The translations under genes were made by a program, and so were the position numbers. The notes below the pieces were generated by a model, which saw only the letters and a program-made list of their open reading frames with translations, had not been told where the DNA came from and made no database searches. DNA of 64,000 nt from Eledone cirrhosa (taxonomy: Eukaryota), in contig OZ024742.1 of NCBI GenBank assembly GCA_964016885.1, forward strand, positions 127,658,001-127,722,000, in the 5' to 3' direction. Shown here piece by piece: positions 23,590 to 36,934 of this stretch (position 1 is the stretch's first letter; every line of letters starts with the position of its first letter).

Positions 23590-24220
23590 ATACACTCACA
23601 CACACACACGATCATTAATATGTAGTATATTCACACAATCTTCCGATATATACACATGATCGTTTTCCTTCTTCCTCTCCTCTCATATATATTGACATAT
23701 ACACACGGCTATTGGTGCATATTATACTCACAAATACACAAAATCGTACTATATAGACAGATGATCGCTTTCTCTCTCCCAGACATGTATGTGTATATAT
23801 ATATGTATGTGTATATATATGTATGTGTATGTATGTGTGTATGTATATATATATACACACACACAATCATCGATGTGTATTATAATTATAAATACATGCA
23901 ATCTTTCGATATATACATATGATCGTTTTCTGTATTTCACTTATATACATTAATGAGTTTCTTTTCTTTTTCTCACTCTGCACTACAATTTATTCAGAAA
24001 TAAAGAGAAAAACAAGAACAAAACACGCACACTCCTTTAATTTCAGGCTGCAACATGGAAATTATTATATTCACAAATACACAATATTTCAATATATAAT
24101 ACACATGATCGCTTTTCTCTCTCTCTCTCTCCATCAGATACAAGCGTATACATACGGCCATTGATTTTACTTACAAACACACACAATCGGCCGCTGTATA
24201 CATACGATCGTTCTGAACCT
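23590..24220. repeat. Degenerate ~100 bp tandem units interleaved with microsatellite
   Basis: Recurring cacacaatc...atatacacatgatcg(c)tttt motif. Confidence 0.55.
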
Positions 24221-24699
24221 CATAACTCAAATTCAATATATATATGTGTGTGTGTGTGTTAAGTATTTCCTTAGAAAAGGTAAAGGAAAAAAGAGTGCTC
24301 TATGTATTATACAGAGCTATTTAATTACATAATAAGCGTTGTTTATTATGTAAATAAAGTATACATATATATAAATATATATATATGATATTGATTGTGA
24401 TCTCTTCTAATGATTTTAATTGTTAATTTAAACCGATTAGTAATAGGAGGTTTCATATATATATATATATATATATATATCATATTATATTATATTTTAT
24501 TATATCATAGTTTTAATTTTAATTAACCGGGTAATGGTATTTTGGGCTATAAACTGTATGCTGCCCCTGATATTGTGGGCTAAGATCCCTATAGTAAGAT
24601 ACGAACGGTTTTTCTGTTGTGGTTTTAATTTCATTTAACTGAGTAATTGTATTTTGAGTGGTGTGTTTTTCGTTAACGCAAGATCCTTGTTAGCAGTAA

Positions 24700-25275
24700 C
24701 CAGCAGGTCCTTGCGCAACCTCACGACGAAGTTGTTCCCGACAAAGTAGCTTGGGCACAAATTTCGCTGCAATTCTGCGCATGCCCAAATCTTCCTTTAA
24801 ATTTGCATGTGCAGAATATTTACTGATCCCAACCTCGCTCACCATCAAACGACGATCCACCATTATCAAGGATCGAAACCTTCTGATAACAACTGTACTG
24901 CGGCTTGTTAACAGCCTTCCGGAACGCTGGTCACTCTCTGTCGATGTGCGGCCATCTTTGAACCTATTTTACCTTTCTCCTATTTGAAGAACATCCTTGG
25001 CATTGTCAGCAAAAGCCTGTTGAATTTTACGAATCATTTCTGCTGGGATATCTCCAGGGTCATGGCAAAACTTGATCGTTTCGTCATCGCAATCGAAATG
25101 AAAACGAGACGAGTAAGTTATACAGCAACTCCCACACTGGCTTCCTGACAACGACAGACGCATCCAGTGAGCTCGCCAAAGACCATGTATACTGCAACGC
25201 CATTACTTACCAAAGGAGGAAAGAAAAAAAAAGAAAACGAAGTCGGGTACTTTTTCGACAAACCACACACACGTA
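24700..25275 (-). mobile_element. Mariner remnant (5' TIR + transposase N-terminus)
   Basis: IKFCHDPG.IPAEMIRKIQQAF..NA; TIR-like tggtttgtcgaaaaagtacccgact. Confidence 0.75.
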
Positions 25276-25414
25276 TATAGTTCAAGGAAACGACAAAACA
25301 GATTGGTTCTTGATTTAGGCACATGGCCAACAATTAGAAGGGAAGGGGATAGTCAATTGGATCGACCCATCCAACTTTTGCTACCAGAGAAAACATTAAA
25401 TGATGATGAAAATG

Positions 25415-25474
<60 letters not shown>

Positions 25475-25504
25475 CATACATACATACATATATATATATA
25501 TCCT

Positions 25505-25810
25505 AATAATTATTTAAATCTACCTAGCGTCAAAAAATAACGTTTTTTTTTTCAGCCCTATACCTCAACCTCATTTGCATACTCATCTTAATAATTTGAA
25601 ATATTTGACTTTTCTTCTCTTTCCCTTCTTTCCTTTTACTATCCAGGAAAAACTTGAACTGTTAAGATCTTCTTCCTGGATATGTCAATATTTATAAAAC
25701 AAACTTTGTATTTTATCTGATGACAGCGTACCAAAATTTGGGTACCCTTGAAATATATATAATAGAATAAATATGGTTTTATAAATATAGTTTCCATTTA
25801 TTTAATAACA
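25505..25810 (+). mobile_element. Hammerhead-bearing dispersed repeat unit flanked by (TA)n
   Basis: Homologous to 10634-10900. Confidence 0.75.
25709..25769 (+). ncRNA. Type-I minimal hammerhead ribozyme motif
   Basis: tattttat-CTGATGA-cagcgtaccaaa/ttgggtaccctt-GAAA-tatatat-A-atagaata; the first stem II pair is mismatched. Confidence 0.75.
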
Positions 25811-26040
25811 TTGAATATATATATATATATAATACAGCCTCCTCAACAAGCGCTGCAACACAAAAAGTAAATATAGTGAGTGACTGAAGGCAATAGAATG
25901 GAGACAATATAAGGTTTGAGAGCACCGATCAGTCTGGATAACCATGTTGCAACCTCTCTAGTCCTGGTGCCACAATAAAATGCACCCAGTACACCCTGTA
26001 AAGTGTTACTGTTAGTGTCTTGAAAAAATGCACCCCCATA

Positions 26041-27270
26041 TACAAGGGTCAGCTGAAAAGTTCATAGGCTGACCAACATACTCTCATGGAATGTGACCAA
26101 ATGAAGTTTCTTTTTCAACAGAGTTTCCCTTGCGGTCCACACACTCCTTCCATCAGTGTTGCAGTGCTCTATCCCATTGGTGAAGAAGCTTTCATCCTGT
26201 TAGTAAAAAAAGTCATCAACAGCAGATATGTCGTCATCACTGTGAGACTGGTTTCCAACCAACTGTTTTTTCATGTTGGGGAACAGATAATAGTCAGATG
26301 AGGCCAAATCAGGAGAATAGGGAGGATGATCAACCAGTTCAAAATCAGTCACACACAGCAGCCATTGAAACCAAGGACTTGTGTGTTGGAGCATTGTCTT
26401 GATGAAACAAGACTCTTTCATCAGTTCTCCTAGGTGTTAGGTTTTGATAGCCTTTCATAACTGCTTCAGCCAGTTGCCATAGTACTCTCCATTGATGGTG
26501 TGGCCCTTTTGAAGATAGTCAATAAACATAATGCTTTTTACATCCCAAAACCTGAGGCTATCCCTTTCCCTGCAAATGAAATGACCATGACCTTCTTTGG
26601 AGCAGGTGAGAAGGGGTGTTTCCATTGCATGGATTGTCTCCTTGTCTCTGGCTCAAAGTGGTGAACCCAACACATCCTGGGTTAGGAAACATACAAGGAA
26701 ACCAGCTGGATTTGCCTCAAACAATGTCAGATTTTCCCCATGTGATCAGCCTGGTGCCCTTTCAATCAGATGTCCAAAGACATAGCACCCACTGAACAGA
26801 AACCTTCGAAATGCCAAGTTCATTCTGCAGAATATTCTCAACTCTCTCACGGAATGTGCTAATAGCATTGGCTATTTGATTTATAATCAATTATCGGTCA
26901 TCCATTACCATATGGTGAACACGATCAATATTTTCCTCGGTTTGTGGCAGTTGCAGGACGTCCAGACCTTGGGTCATCTTCAAGACTCCCTTTCCCTCCT
27001 AAATTCAGCTGCCCACTTTTGCACTGTTGATAAAGCTGGAGCATCATCCTCCAATGTAGCAATCATGTCAGCATAAATGTCCTTGGATGATAAACCCTCC
27101 TTCTGCAAGTACTTGTTAACACCACAATGCCAAATTTTGTCTATTTTCAAGAGAAGTTACTACAAGTTACTTTTGAAGTCTTTTTTGAACAGTCAAATGT
27201 CAGTTTACCTGGAAAGAAACAATGTAACTATTAATAAGAAGAGTTGAAATTAATCATAGTCAGCCTAAGG
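26041..27270 (-). mobile_element. Mariner (DD34D-type) transposon, degraded
   Basis: HPPYSPDLASSDYYLFPNMKKQL; TIR tacaagggtcagctgaaaagttcataggctgac with a partial mate tagtcagccta near 27257. Confidence 0.9.
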
Positions 27271-27469
27271 TGTTTGGCATTAGGAAAGGCATCCAGCCAT
27301 AGACTCCATGCCAGATATGGAGTAAGCTGGGAAGATCCAACCCATCTAGTTTTGGACCATGACAACTTGTTCAACCCATGCCAGTATGGAAAGCGGGTAT
27401 AACTTGATGACCATATATATGACTCATTGCTCAGGGGGTTTTGATATCAAAGGTGCCTAATCAGCAGTT

Positions 27470-29165
27470 GGGGAGGAGGCTCTGAAAGAGTGGTAGCCAG
27501 AATTTGAACTGTCTGCAAAAGGTTGAGGGAGCTAGTTCCTCTGCTGACAACAATGGGCTTTTCTGCATATGATCTGCAATGTTTCATAGCAGTAAGACAT
27601 GGACCTTGACTGCAGAAAACCTGCGAAAGCTAGAAAGAAATGAAGCTCCAGTAGATGTCCAGCTGAGAGAAAAAATTTATAAAGGTCCGATGGAGTGTGT
27701 AAAAGAGAAGACTGTGATGGTATGGACTTGTGATATATATGGAAGAGATAGGCATAGGAAAACATTGGATGAAGTAGTGAAGATTGACCTTAAGAAGTTG
27801 AACCTCATCACAGAGAAGATTGGCGTCATGCAGAATTGGAGAAGATTTGTCAACTAGCATAAAAATGTGACATGAACACCACCCCAACCCCTACTATTGC
27901 ACCTTAGAAACTACTCTCACCATCACTGTACACCTACATCTCCACTCTACCCAGGATTACTTCCCATCACCTTGTCAAATCCCACCACATACATCTGTTT
28001 TACAATTATGACACCCAGCACATTGCTGCTTGAACCTTGACATCGAACTTGTCTCTACCCTCCCCCATAAGGTAGAGAAGGCGCTTTAGTTGAGTATGAT
28101 TAATAACTTCCCTAGTGTTGGTTCCATGATAAAAACACACCCAGCACACTCTGTAAAGTGGTTGTTAGGGAGAACTTCCAGCCATAGAAACGATACTGAA
28201 AAAACATCTAGAAGACTCTCCAGTCATGACATGACAACCTCACTAGTGTTGGTGTCATAAAAAATGAACCCACTACACCTTATTAAGTGGTTGGTGGTAG
28301 GAAGAGCTTTCAGTTATAATTGATAGTTTCTGTTACTTCAGGGACCTAATTAGCAGTGTCGACGTTGCGCTGAAAGCATACCAGCTAGAATAAGAAAAGG
28401 ATGTAAAAAGTTCAGAGAGCTAGTACCTCTGTTGACAACAAAGGTATTTTCTCTCCAGGTAGATTATATGATGTCTGTGTGAGAACTACATGGGTGGTAA
28501 ATGCACAGAGTATGCAGAGGCTGAAGAGAAACAAAGCAAGCATGCTTTGTTGGATGTGTAATGTTAGTGTGCATGAATGATGGGGTGTGGAAGAATTGAA
28601 AGAGAAAAACTGGATATAAGATGAAACGTGTAAAGAAATGTCAGGAGATGTCGATGGAAAAAGCTGCAGTAGAAGAAGACCAAGGAAAACTTGGTCATAG
28701 TTGATTAGAGCTGATCTCAAATTAGGAAACCTCTAGTATTAATATCATGATAGAACATACTTAGTAACCTCTGTAAAGTGGCCAACATAGAGTAGAAAGG
28801 ATCGCTTGGTTGTGTTAAGATCTTGACCTCTCTTGTACTGGTGCTACGCTAGAATGCACCCAGTATATTCTGTAAAGTGATTGGCTAGCAGAGGACTCTT
28901 CAGTCTTGCTGAAGTACATGGCAATCTCACTAGTGCTGGTGTTATGATAAAATGCACTCAGTACACTCTAACGTGTTAATACTTGCACCTCAATAAAACT
29001 CACTTGGTACATTTTGTAAAGTGGTTGGCATTAGGAAGGGCATCCATCTGTAGAAACCCTGCCAAAATGGATTGTATGAGTATGACATGGTCATCTGACA
29101 TTATCAGGTGACAACTTGTTCAACCCATGCCAACTTAGAAAACGTACGTAAAACGATGACGATAA
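27470..29165 (+). mobile_element. Cluster of old RTE 3' fragments and 3'UTR repeats
   Basis: SKTWTLTAENLRKLERNEA; a second fragment at 28390-28720; tail at 29110-29165. Confidence 0.65.
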
Positions 29166-29266
29166 TCTATAATGCATACATATGAATACACAAGTAGGTA
29201 GGCATACACACACACACACACATATATATATATGCACTTATGATGATGATGATGATGATGATGATA

Positions 29267-29457
29267 TGAAGGGGGTGCTGAAGAATTCCTGGCTTTCAGG
29301 ACATTATGAAAGGGTAGAACTGTTTCTTTTACAGGGGACGTAGGATCACTGCAATAACTATGAATCTAAGAGGGGAATATGTTAAATAAAATCATAATTA
29401 AGTGATGCTCTTGTTATTTTCATTTACCCAAACCAGGAATTTTTCAGCATGCCCTTG
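29267..29457. mobile_element. Tc1/mariner-type MITE (~190 bp) with TA TSD
   Basis: TA-tgaagggggtgctgaagaattcctgg ... ccaggaatttttcagcatgcccttg-TA. Confidence 0.75.
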
Positions 29458-30038
29458 TATATACATATATACATGATGGCCGCAACTCAATTTTGAGTAA
29501 TGCCATTGCTTGATACTTAAGTGTGAGCATCACGGAAATAGATTTTTAGTCCTGCTAAGGACTTACCTATGGCCAGCAATACCATGCATTGCAAAATATG
29601 TTACATATCAAGCGATGTCTGTGCTTGAAGCTTTTTCAAGTGAGGAAAGGCTTTGCAAGGGGCCAATCCCACTCTCTGAACATTGAATGCATTTGCCCAA
29701 ACAGAAGAACTGGTCTACGTCATTGGATGCAAACGAAGTCGAAGGTTTTATATCAAAGTGACCTTCTGGAGATGTCTTAATGAAGACTAGGAGTCTCTCG
29801 TTCCACAAAAAAAATCTATTGGATGGTCGTTAAAACATCTCTCTAGGAGAAGGTCACTCAGATATAAAACCTTCGACTTCATTTGATGGGTTTTGTTTTT
29901 CATCCCACAGGGTGTCCAAATTCACTCTCTTCACCGAGCATGCTTGGTGAGGTTGGCAGTTTAGTCGCCGATGACCCAACCATGCACAGGTTGTACTGGG
30001 TCACATGTTACCAGTAGAAGTGAAGAGCAACCTGACAT

Positions 30039-30072
<34 letters not shown>

Positions 30073-30079
30073 TGCATAA

Positions 30080-30235
30080 GTGGCGAATTGGCAAAGTCGT
30101 TAGAATGTCGGATAGAATGCTTTGTGGTATTCGTTCCAGCTCTCTGTTCTCCGAGTTCAAATCCTGCTACGGTCAACTTTGCCTTTCATACTTTCGAGGT
30201 TGATAAAAAAAGTACCAGTCTAGTACTGGGGTTGA
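30080..30235 (+). mobile_element. tRNA-derived SINE
   Basis: tggcaaagtcgttaga, gagttcaaatcct and ctttgcctttcat domains. Confidence 0.75.
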
Positions 30236-30460
30236 TTCTTCCTCTATATCTCTTTCTCATTTTCTCTCTCTCACTTTCTTGGGATGAGGTAATAAAAGCT
30301 GACCCTGCACAATTACACCTCACCAAGGCAATGACACAGGACTGCATTCTGCACCTTTTTATACAGCTGTCATCCTTCATACGTATCACATGTCCATACC
30401 AAAGCAATCACTTCTCCTGCATGCATAACTGATCCCTCTTATGCCTACATATTTATACTT

Positions 30461-31345
30461 TCATCATCATCATCATCGTTTAACATCTATCTTCCATGCT
30501 AGCATGGGTTTTGCACATCCAGTGAAGCATGGAGGCTTCATTTCTTTCCAATCTTCGCAGGTCCTCACCACACAGTGCCCAGGTCTCGCTGCTGTGCAAC
30601 ATTGCTGCTTGTATACATGCATCATACAGTCTGCCTTTCATTTTAAGGGAAAAACCTTTTGTAGTTGGTAATGGTAGTAACTCCCTGTACTTTCTCTAAC
30701 AGGACCTCACTCTGGTTACTGTGCTTTTAGAACACCCTCCCCCACTACTAATTTGGTCACCCAGGTAACAAACTATTTACCACTTCTACCAAGCATTCTG
30801 GGCATTTGAAGGTGGTTGTATCCTGAGCGCTTTTGCTACTTACTGCCCCTGTGCACCAGCCACAAGTAAAACCTACATTCTTTGTTAGCCTACCTTAGAT
30901 CCCACTACATCTTGTGTACCCATTGCTTACATTTTGGACATAGTATGAAATTTCTACCTCCTTTTCTGCATGCTGAGCAGGGCCATTTCCCAGAGGAGAT
31001 CTGGGCCCTGTTTTTCCTTCTACTTACTAGGACTTTAGTCTTTGCCAGGTTGACTTAAGATCTTTAGATTCTAGGTCTTGCTTCCAGGTTTGGAATTTCA
31101 TCACTAATTCAGCTATAAGGATTAGGTCATCAGCATACAGAATTTCCCATGGACAACCAGTCGTAAACTCCTCCGTTATTGCCTGCAGAACAATAATAAA
31201 CAGAGCCCTGATGAACACCAACTTGCATGCTAAATTATTCGCTACAGTCATCATTGTTAATTCTGACCTTGCTGTCTGTTCTTCTATACATTGCTTAAAC
31301 TGTCCTCACAAGCCATTCGTCAAGTCCTAGTTTTCTAAGAGCCCA
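30461..31345 (-). mobile_element. Degraded RTE LINE fragment
   Basis: LQAITEEFTTGCPWEILYADDL; remnant of the PHD region. Confidence 0.85.
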
Positions 31346-31779
31346 TAATGTATATACATATACATAGATAATATATATATATACATAATTGTTTAACATC
31401 CATTTCCCACACTAGCCTGTGTAGGATGGGCAGTCCCTTTATGAGATCAGGTCAGGGGACCTTGATTCGCATGCACAGAATGATTGAGGTTTGTTTTCTA
31501 CAGCTGTATATCCTTCCCAATGTCAACCACATTTACAGTGCGGGCTGGGTGCTTTTTGTTGTGAGACCTACATGATCACTTTACAGTGGGCTGGGTGCTT
31601 TTTTTTTTGTAGTGACACCACCACTTTACAGTGTGGGTTAGGTACTTGTCGTGATACCTACACAACCACTTTATAGTGGGGGCTAGGCACTTAATTTTGA
31701 GGCTCCAGGGGGGCAACTTTAAGGTGAGGGTTGGGGAAGAAGCCTGGGGAATTGGGGGCATAAGTATATGCTCTAACCA

Positions 31780-34700
31780 TCTACCTATTCAAAATCTCAA
31801 ACCCACTCCATTCTACCCTTTCACTCATTCATCCGGTGGTTGTCTACGAATCAAGAAGGTTTTTGGTTTTCCTCTATGAATCTGTAAAGATTCCAACTTA
31901 TCCCAGCCATTCTCCAACTCTTTACATATTCAACTCATCCCAATCAATCTAACATTTAGTCGGTGGTTGTCTGCGAAATTCTCACACATTCGCCTTGTCG
32001 AATATGCCTGTTTGTAACTGCTTATTTCTCCTAAATCTTCAGCAATGATATACGTCATGATGGCTACTTATCTCACAATTTCTCTCCCACCCACCCTCAC
32101 TCAGCACCTTAGACTCTGCGACCAATCAAACCACAGAAACATATCTTCACCCATTACCAGTGCCAACAAATTCTGCCATTACTACTACCGTCCTTCTAGC
32201 CCTGCCCCAAAGAAATTCTTGCTTATCATTATCTATGGATGAGCTGAGGATGATGGAACAACCCCAAATGAATAAAAAAAATATGAATCCACGAGTTCCA
32301 AGCGTTCATGCGAAACTTTAATTCAGAAACAGAAAGCATACACATTCCCCCCCACCAATGACAGCAAATGCCCAAAACTCAGAGTTGGCACCATCAATGT
32401 CAGTACAATGAAAGGAAGAGCAGGAGAAATCGTAGCGATGTCAGAGCAAAAGGGAATTGATGCATGTTGTGTGCAAGAGACTAGATGGAGAGGAGAGTCT
32501 GCTAGAGTTCTTGTAGACAAAAAAGTGCTACACATTTTTCTGGTAGAGAAATGACAAGTTGGGTGGTGTAGGTATACTATTAGCTGACAAATGGGTAGAT
32601 AGGGTAATCTCAGTGAACAGAGTGAACGCGAGAATCATTAAACTCAGACTTATCCTGAATAAAACAATAGCTACAGTTATATCTGCTTACGCACCCCAAT
32701 CTGGATTGCCAGACGAACTTAAGGATAGGTTTTACGAGTCTCTAATGCACACTACTGCCCTAACAAACGACAATGACTTCCTAATCACTGTAGGAAACTT
32801 TAACGAACATGTTGCGAAACACTGTGACGGCTTCTATAGAGTCCATGGAGGCTACAGGTTTGGCGCAAGAAATGAAGAAGGCTTCAAACTTCTAGAATTC
32901 TGCGATGCCAATGACATGTCAATATGTAACACAAACTTCAAAAAACCAGACAACCACCTGATCACATATAGATCAGGGGAGCATTCTAGTCAGACAGATT
33001 TTATCCTTATCAGAGGACGAGATAGATGGATGGTTATAAACACAAAAGCCTTCCCTGATGAGGAATGTACCTCCCAACATAACTTAATTGTCAACGACCT
33101 CACTGTCAGAACTAGAGGAACTTGGAAACAGAAGGCAACCTGGAGAAGAAAAATCTGGAAATTGAAAGACCCCTCAGCCAGTAACAGAATTAAAAATATC
33201 TTAAATGACGCCTATGACAGTAAAGAAGAACAGATAGGGACATTCAATATAAGAAGAGCACTGGGAGTTCCTAAAAAGTAACTTACCAAAAGCGACAGAC
33301 GAGATCTGTAGTTGGAGCAAGACTACAGGAGAGTGACTTGGTGGTGGAACAATAAGGTAAATGAGGCAATTAAGGCCAAGAGATGCTGAAAGCATCTGGG
33401 TCGGCTGGTCACACCATAACCATACGTATTGTTAGCCAAGTAATATTAGATGGCGTCATACCATATGAGTGGTGCAGCAGCATCATTGTCAATTGCTATA
33501 ACGGTAAAAGGGATGCGCTAGATAGAGGTAACTATATAGGTATAAAGTTGATGGACCAGGTTATGAAAGTAACAGAAAGAGTTATAGCATAGCTGATTAG
33601 GGACGGTAAATTTAGATGAGATGCAATTTGGGTTTGTGCCAGGCAAAAGCACCACTGATGCTCTCTTGTGAGGCAGTTACAGGAAAAGTATCTACCTAGC
33701 ATTTGTCGATCTGGAAAAAGCCTTTGACAGAGAGCCTGGTGCTATAATCTGGTGGGCTCTTAGAAAACTAGGTTAGATGAATGGCTTGTGAAGGCCGTAC
33801 AAGCCATGTATAGAGGAGCAGTCAGCAAAGTTAGGGTTAACAATGACTATAGCGAGGAATTTAGCACAAAGGTTGGTGTCCACCAGGGCTCTGTTCTAAG
33901 CCTTTTCCTGTTTATTATCGTATTGCAGGCTATAACAGGAGTTTAAGACCAGATGCCCATAGGAACTTCTGTACGCAGATGATCTTACACTTATAGCTGA
34001 ATCTATGGTGAAACTAGAGAAGAAATTCTAAACATTGAAGCAGGGCCTAGAAAGAATGCGTCTCAAAGTCAACCTATCAAAGACCAAGGTCCTCGTAAAT
34101 AGAAGAGAAAACAGAACCCAGATCCCATAAGGGAAATGGCCTTGCTCAGTATGTAGGAAAGGTGTAGGTAGAAATTCTGTCCTCTGCCCCAAATGCAAAC
34201 TATGGGTACACAAGAGATGTAGTGGGATCTCAGGAAGTTTAGCTAAAAATGTAAGCTTTACATGTAGCAGGTGTACTGGGAGAGTAAGCAGCAAACGGCC
34301 ACAGGAAACAAGCACTACCAAATTCTGGGAGGGTTTAGTAGAAACAGACTGCTTTTGCTACCTAGGTGACCGAATTAACAGTGGAAGTGGGTGTTCTGAA
34401 AGTAGGGTAAGAACGGGATGGAAGAAATTCAGGGAGCTACTACCACTGCTAGCTGCAAAAGGCTTTTCCCTCGAAATGAAAGGCAGACTGTATGATGCAT
34501 GCATACAAACAACAATGTTGCATGGTAATGAGATCTGGACATTGTGTGCAGAAGACTTACGTAGATTAGAAAGAAATGAAGCTTGCATGCTCTGGTGGAT
34601 GTGTAATAGTAATATACGTGAACGGCAAAGCATAAACGAATTGAGAGAGTAACTAGGCATAAGCGGAATCAAATGATGTGTGCAGGAGAGAAGATTACAT

Positions 34701-35173
34701 TGGTATGGATGTGGGATGCATATGAAGGATGACAGCTGCATAAAAAGGTGCAGAGCGCTAAAAGTCGATGGAAGCCTTGGAGTGGGAAGACCCAAGAAGA
34801 CCTGGGATGAGGTGATAAAAGCTGACCTTGCCCAATTGCACCTCTCAAAGGCGATGACACACTGTGACCTCTGGCGTTACGCAATAATACAAAAGACCTG
34901 ACTTCCCATGAGTACAAGCTTAAATTGAAGCATATAGACAGTATGCCCCACCTCCTTCCCACTGTAAAGTGGTTGTGTAGGCGCCAAGGTAAAAAGCACC
35001 CAATACTCACTGTAAATGGTGTTAGGAAGATCATCCAGCTGTAGAAACCAAGCCAAAATCAGTTCTGTAAGAGCAAGACACGGTCACCTGACCTGGCATT
35101 GCACACAACAGGACAACTTGTCTAACCCATGCTAACGTAGAAGAATGGACATAAAACGGTGATGATGATGATG
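31780..35173 (+). mobile_element. Near full-length but internally deleted, inactivated RTE LINE (5'UTR, APE, RT+PHD, 3'UTR, GAT tail)
   Basis: LRVGTINV, CCVQETRW, ORF 32559-33281 (SAYAPQ, SQH), MQFGF, DLEKAFD, LYADD; multiple stops and frameshifts. Confidence 0.92.
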
Positions 35174-35409
35174 ATATATACATAATGTATATATATCTTA
35201 GAAAGGGTGTGGTAAAATACCAGGTGGACCATAACCCACCAGAGTACTCGATAATTGGGGTAGTAGAGTGGATAAGATGAAAAGAGTTAGGACCCCGACG
35301 GCTGAGCTGTTCAGATCTCGCTGTCAAAACAGCTGGAGCTCCAATGCTACACTATCTGTAGCCAGCCTTCCCTGGTTGGCTAGTGATGCAAAAGGGAGGT
35401 TGTTGCTGC

Positions 35410-36645
35410 TGCTCTTATTTGTGCACTTCACCTCGTGCTGTGGGTTCATCCGAGATCTTGGTCAGTAGAATGTCAAAATGTTTCCTGAAAACATCTACAT
35501 GTACATCATGCAGATCTTTTGGCAGCTTATTAAAAAGCTGGGGTTCTCTGAACTCCACACTATTGCAGTATATGGTCCTTATTCTCGATGCGATGGATGG
35601 GACCTTTGACACTACACAGTGATGTCCTGTTCTTGGGCTGGTCCTGCCTTCAATGCTCAAGTTTGGTACTAACTCTTCCGGGAGCTTCCATATGTATATC
35701 ACTGTGTATCTCTCCCCTCTCCACTCCAGGAAGTAAAGCTTTAATTTCTTCTGTCTCTACCAGTAGTTCATCTCTTTCATTAAGGCAACCCTCTTGGTGT
35801 AGCTTTGTTGGATTGCTTTAAGTTCTGCAGTTAGTTTGACACTGGGGTGACCACAGCTAAGAGCAATAGTCCAGTTGGCTGAGGAAGAACGTCCTGCATG
35901 GTATTCAAGTCACTTGCCTTGAATGTCCTCAGAATCCAACCTGCCAGTTGTTTGCTCATTGCCATCAATTTGATGATGTGTGCTTGAAACGATGTATCAT
36001 TGTTCATGTCAATACCCAGTTCCTGTATTGATTTTGACTCTGGGATTTCGATTCCTCCTGATCCAATGTACTTTTGTTGTGGTCCTATGTTTGTGGATTG
36101 ATAGCCAAGGGCTTGAAACTTATCTGCCTTAAATTGCATATTGGTTTTTTCAGCCTATCCATATATAGCATCTAAATCATGTTGTAAGAGAGTAGCATCA
36201 GCCGGTTTCTTGCCTGAGCTACTTTTGTGTCATCAGCATGGCTTGTGAAGGAGGCTGTCTATATTACAGAGGGCATGTCTGAGAGAGCCACCTCTAACTG
36301 TAGTGGCACCAAGACAGTTCTCTGAGGCATGCCGCTTGTTATTAGCATTTCTTTCGAGAGGGCCTTGATGGCAGCAACAGTCTGTCTAGCTTCTGTCTTT
36401 CAAGAAGTCATGAAACCATTCACCTAGTTTTCCAGCTATGCCAAAGCTATGTAGTTTGTGACATGTCATTCCATAATCAACCTTGTCGAAGGTGTTTGCA
36501 AAGTCGAGAATATCACATCTACGATTGAGTATCCAGTCATATGCTGTAGGAGCTGTGTAAGACAACTCTACCCGGGCAAAAGCCATGCTGGGTGTCAGTT
36601 AGAAAACCATTTTCCTCTGGAAAAGTGATCAGTTTCCTTCTGATA
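35410..36645 (-). mobile_element. Degraded CR1-group LINE RT/3' fragment
   Basis: LDFANTFDKVD, ADDTK, MQFKADKF, GWILRTF, LFNKLPK. Confidence 0.8.
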
Positions 36646-36665
36646 CACACACATCATACATATAT

Positions 36666-36774
36666 ATAGGAAAATGTTCAAGACCCCGACGGCAGAGCTC
36701 AAGCCGTTTCAACGGCTATTTCTGGACCAGAAATAGCTTGAGCTCTGCCATCGAGGTCTTGAACATTTTCCTAT
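36666..36774. repeat. Branched (T-shaped) palindrome capping a short dispersed repeat
   Basis: A ~39 bp outer stem encloses two small hairpins, gccgtttcaacggc and gctatttctggaccagaaatagc. Confidence 0.9.
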
Positions 36775-36853
36775 TATCCACTCTACTACCCAAAATATTA
36801 AGTACTCTGGTGCGTTAGGGTCCACCTGTTTCCTTACCACACTTCCTTCGTTT

Positions 36854-36893
<40 letters not shown>

Positions 36894-36903
36894 CACATAC
36901 ATT

Positions 36904-36934
<31 letters not shown>

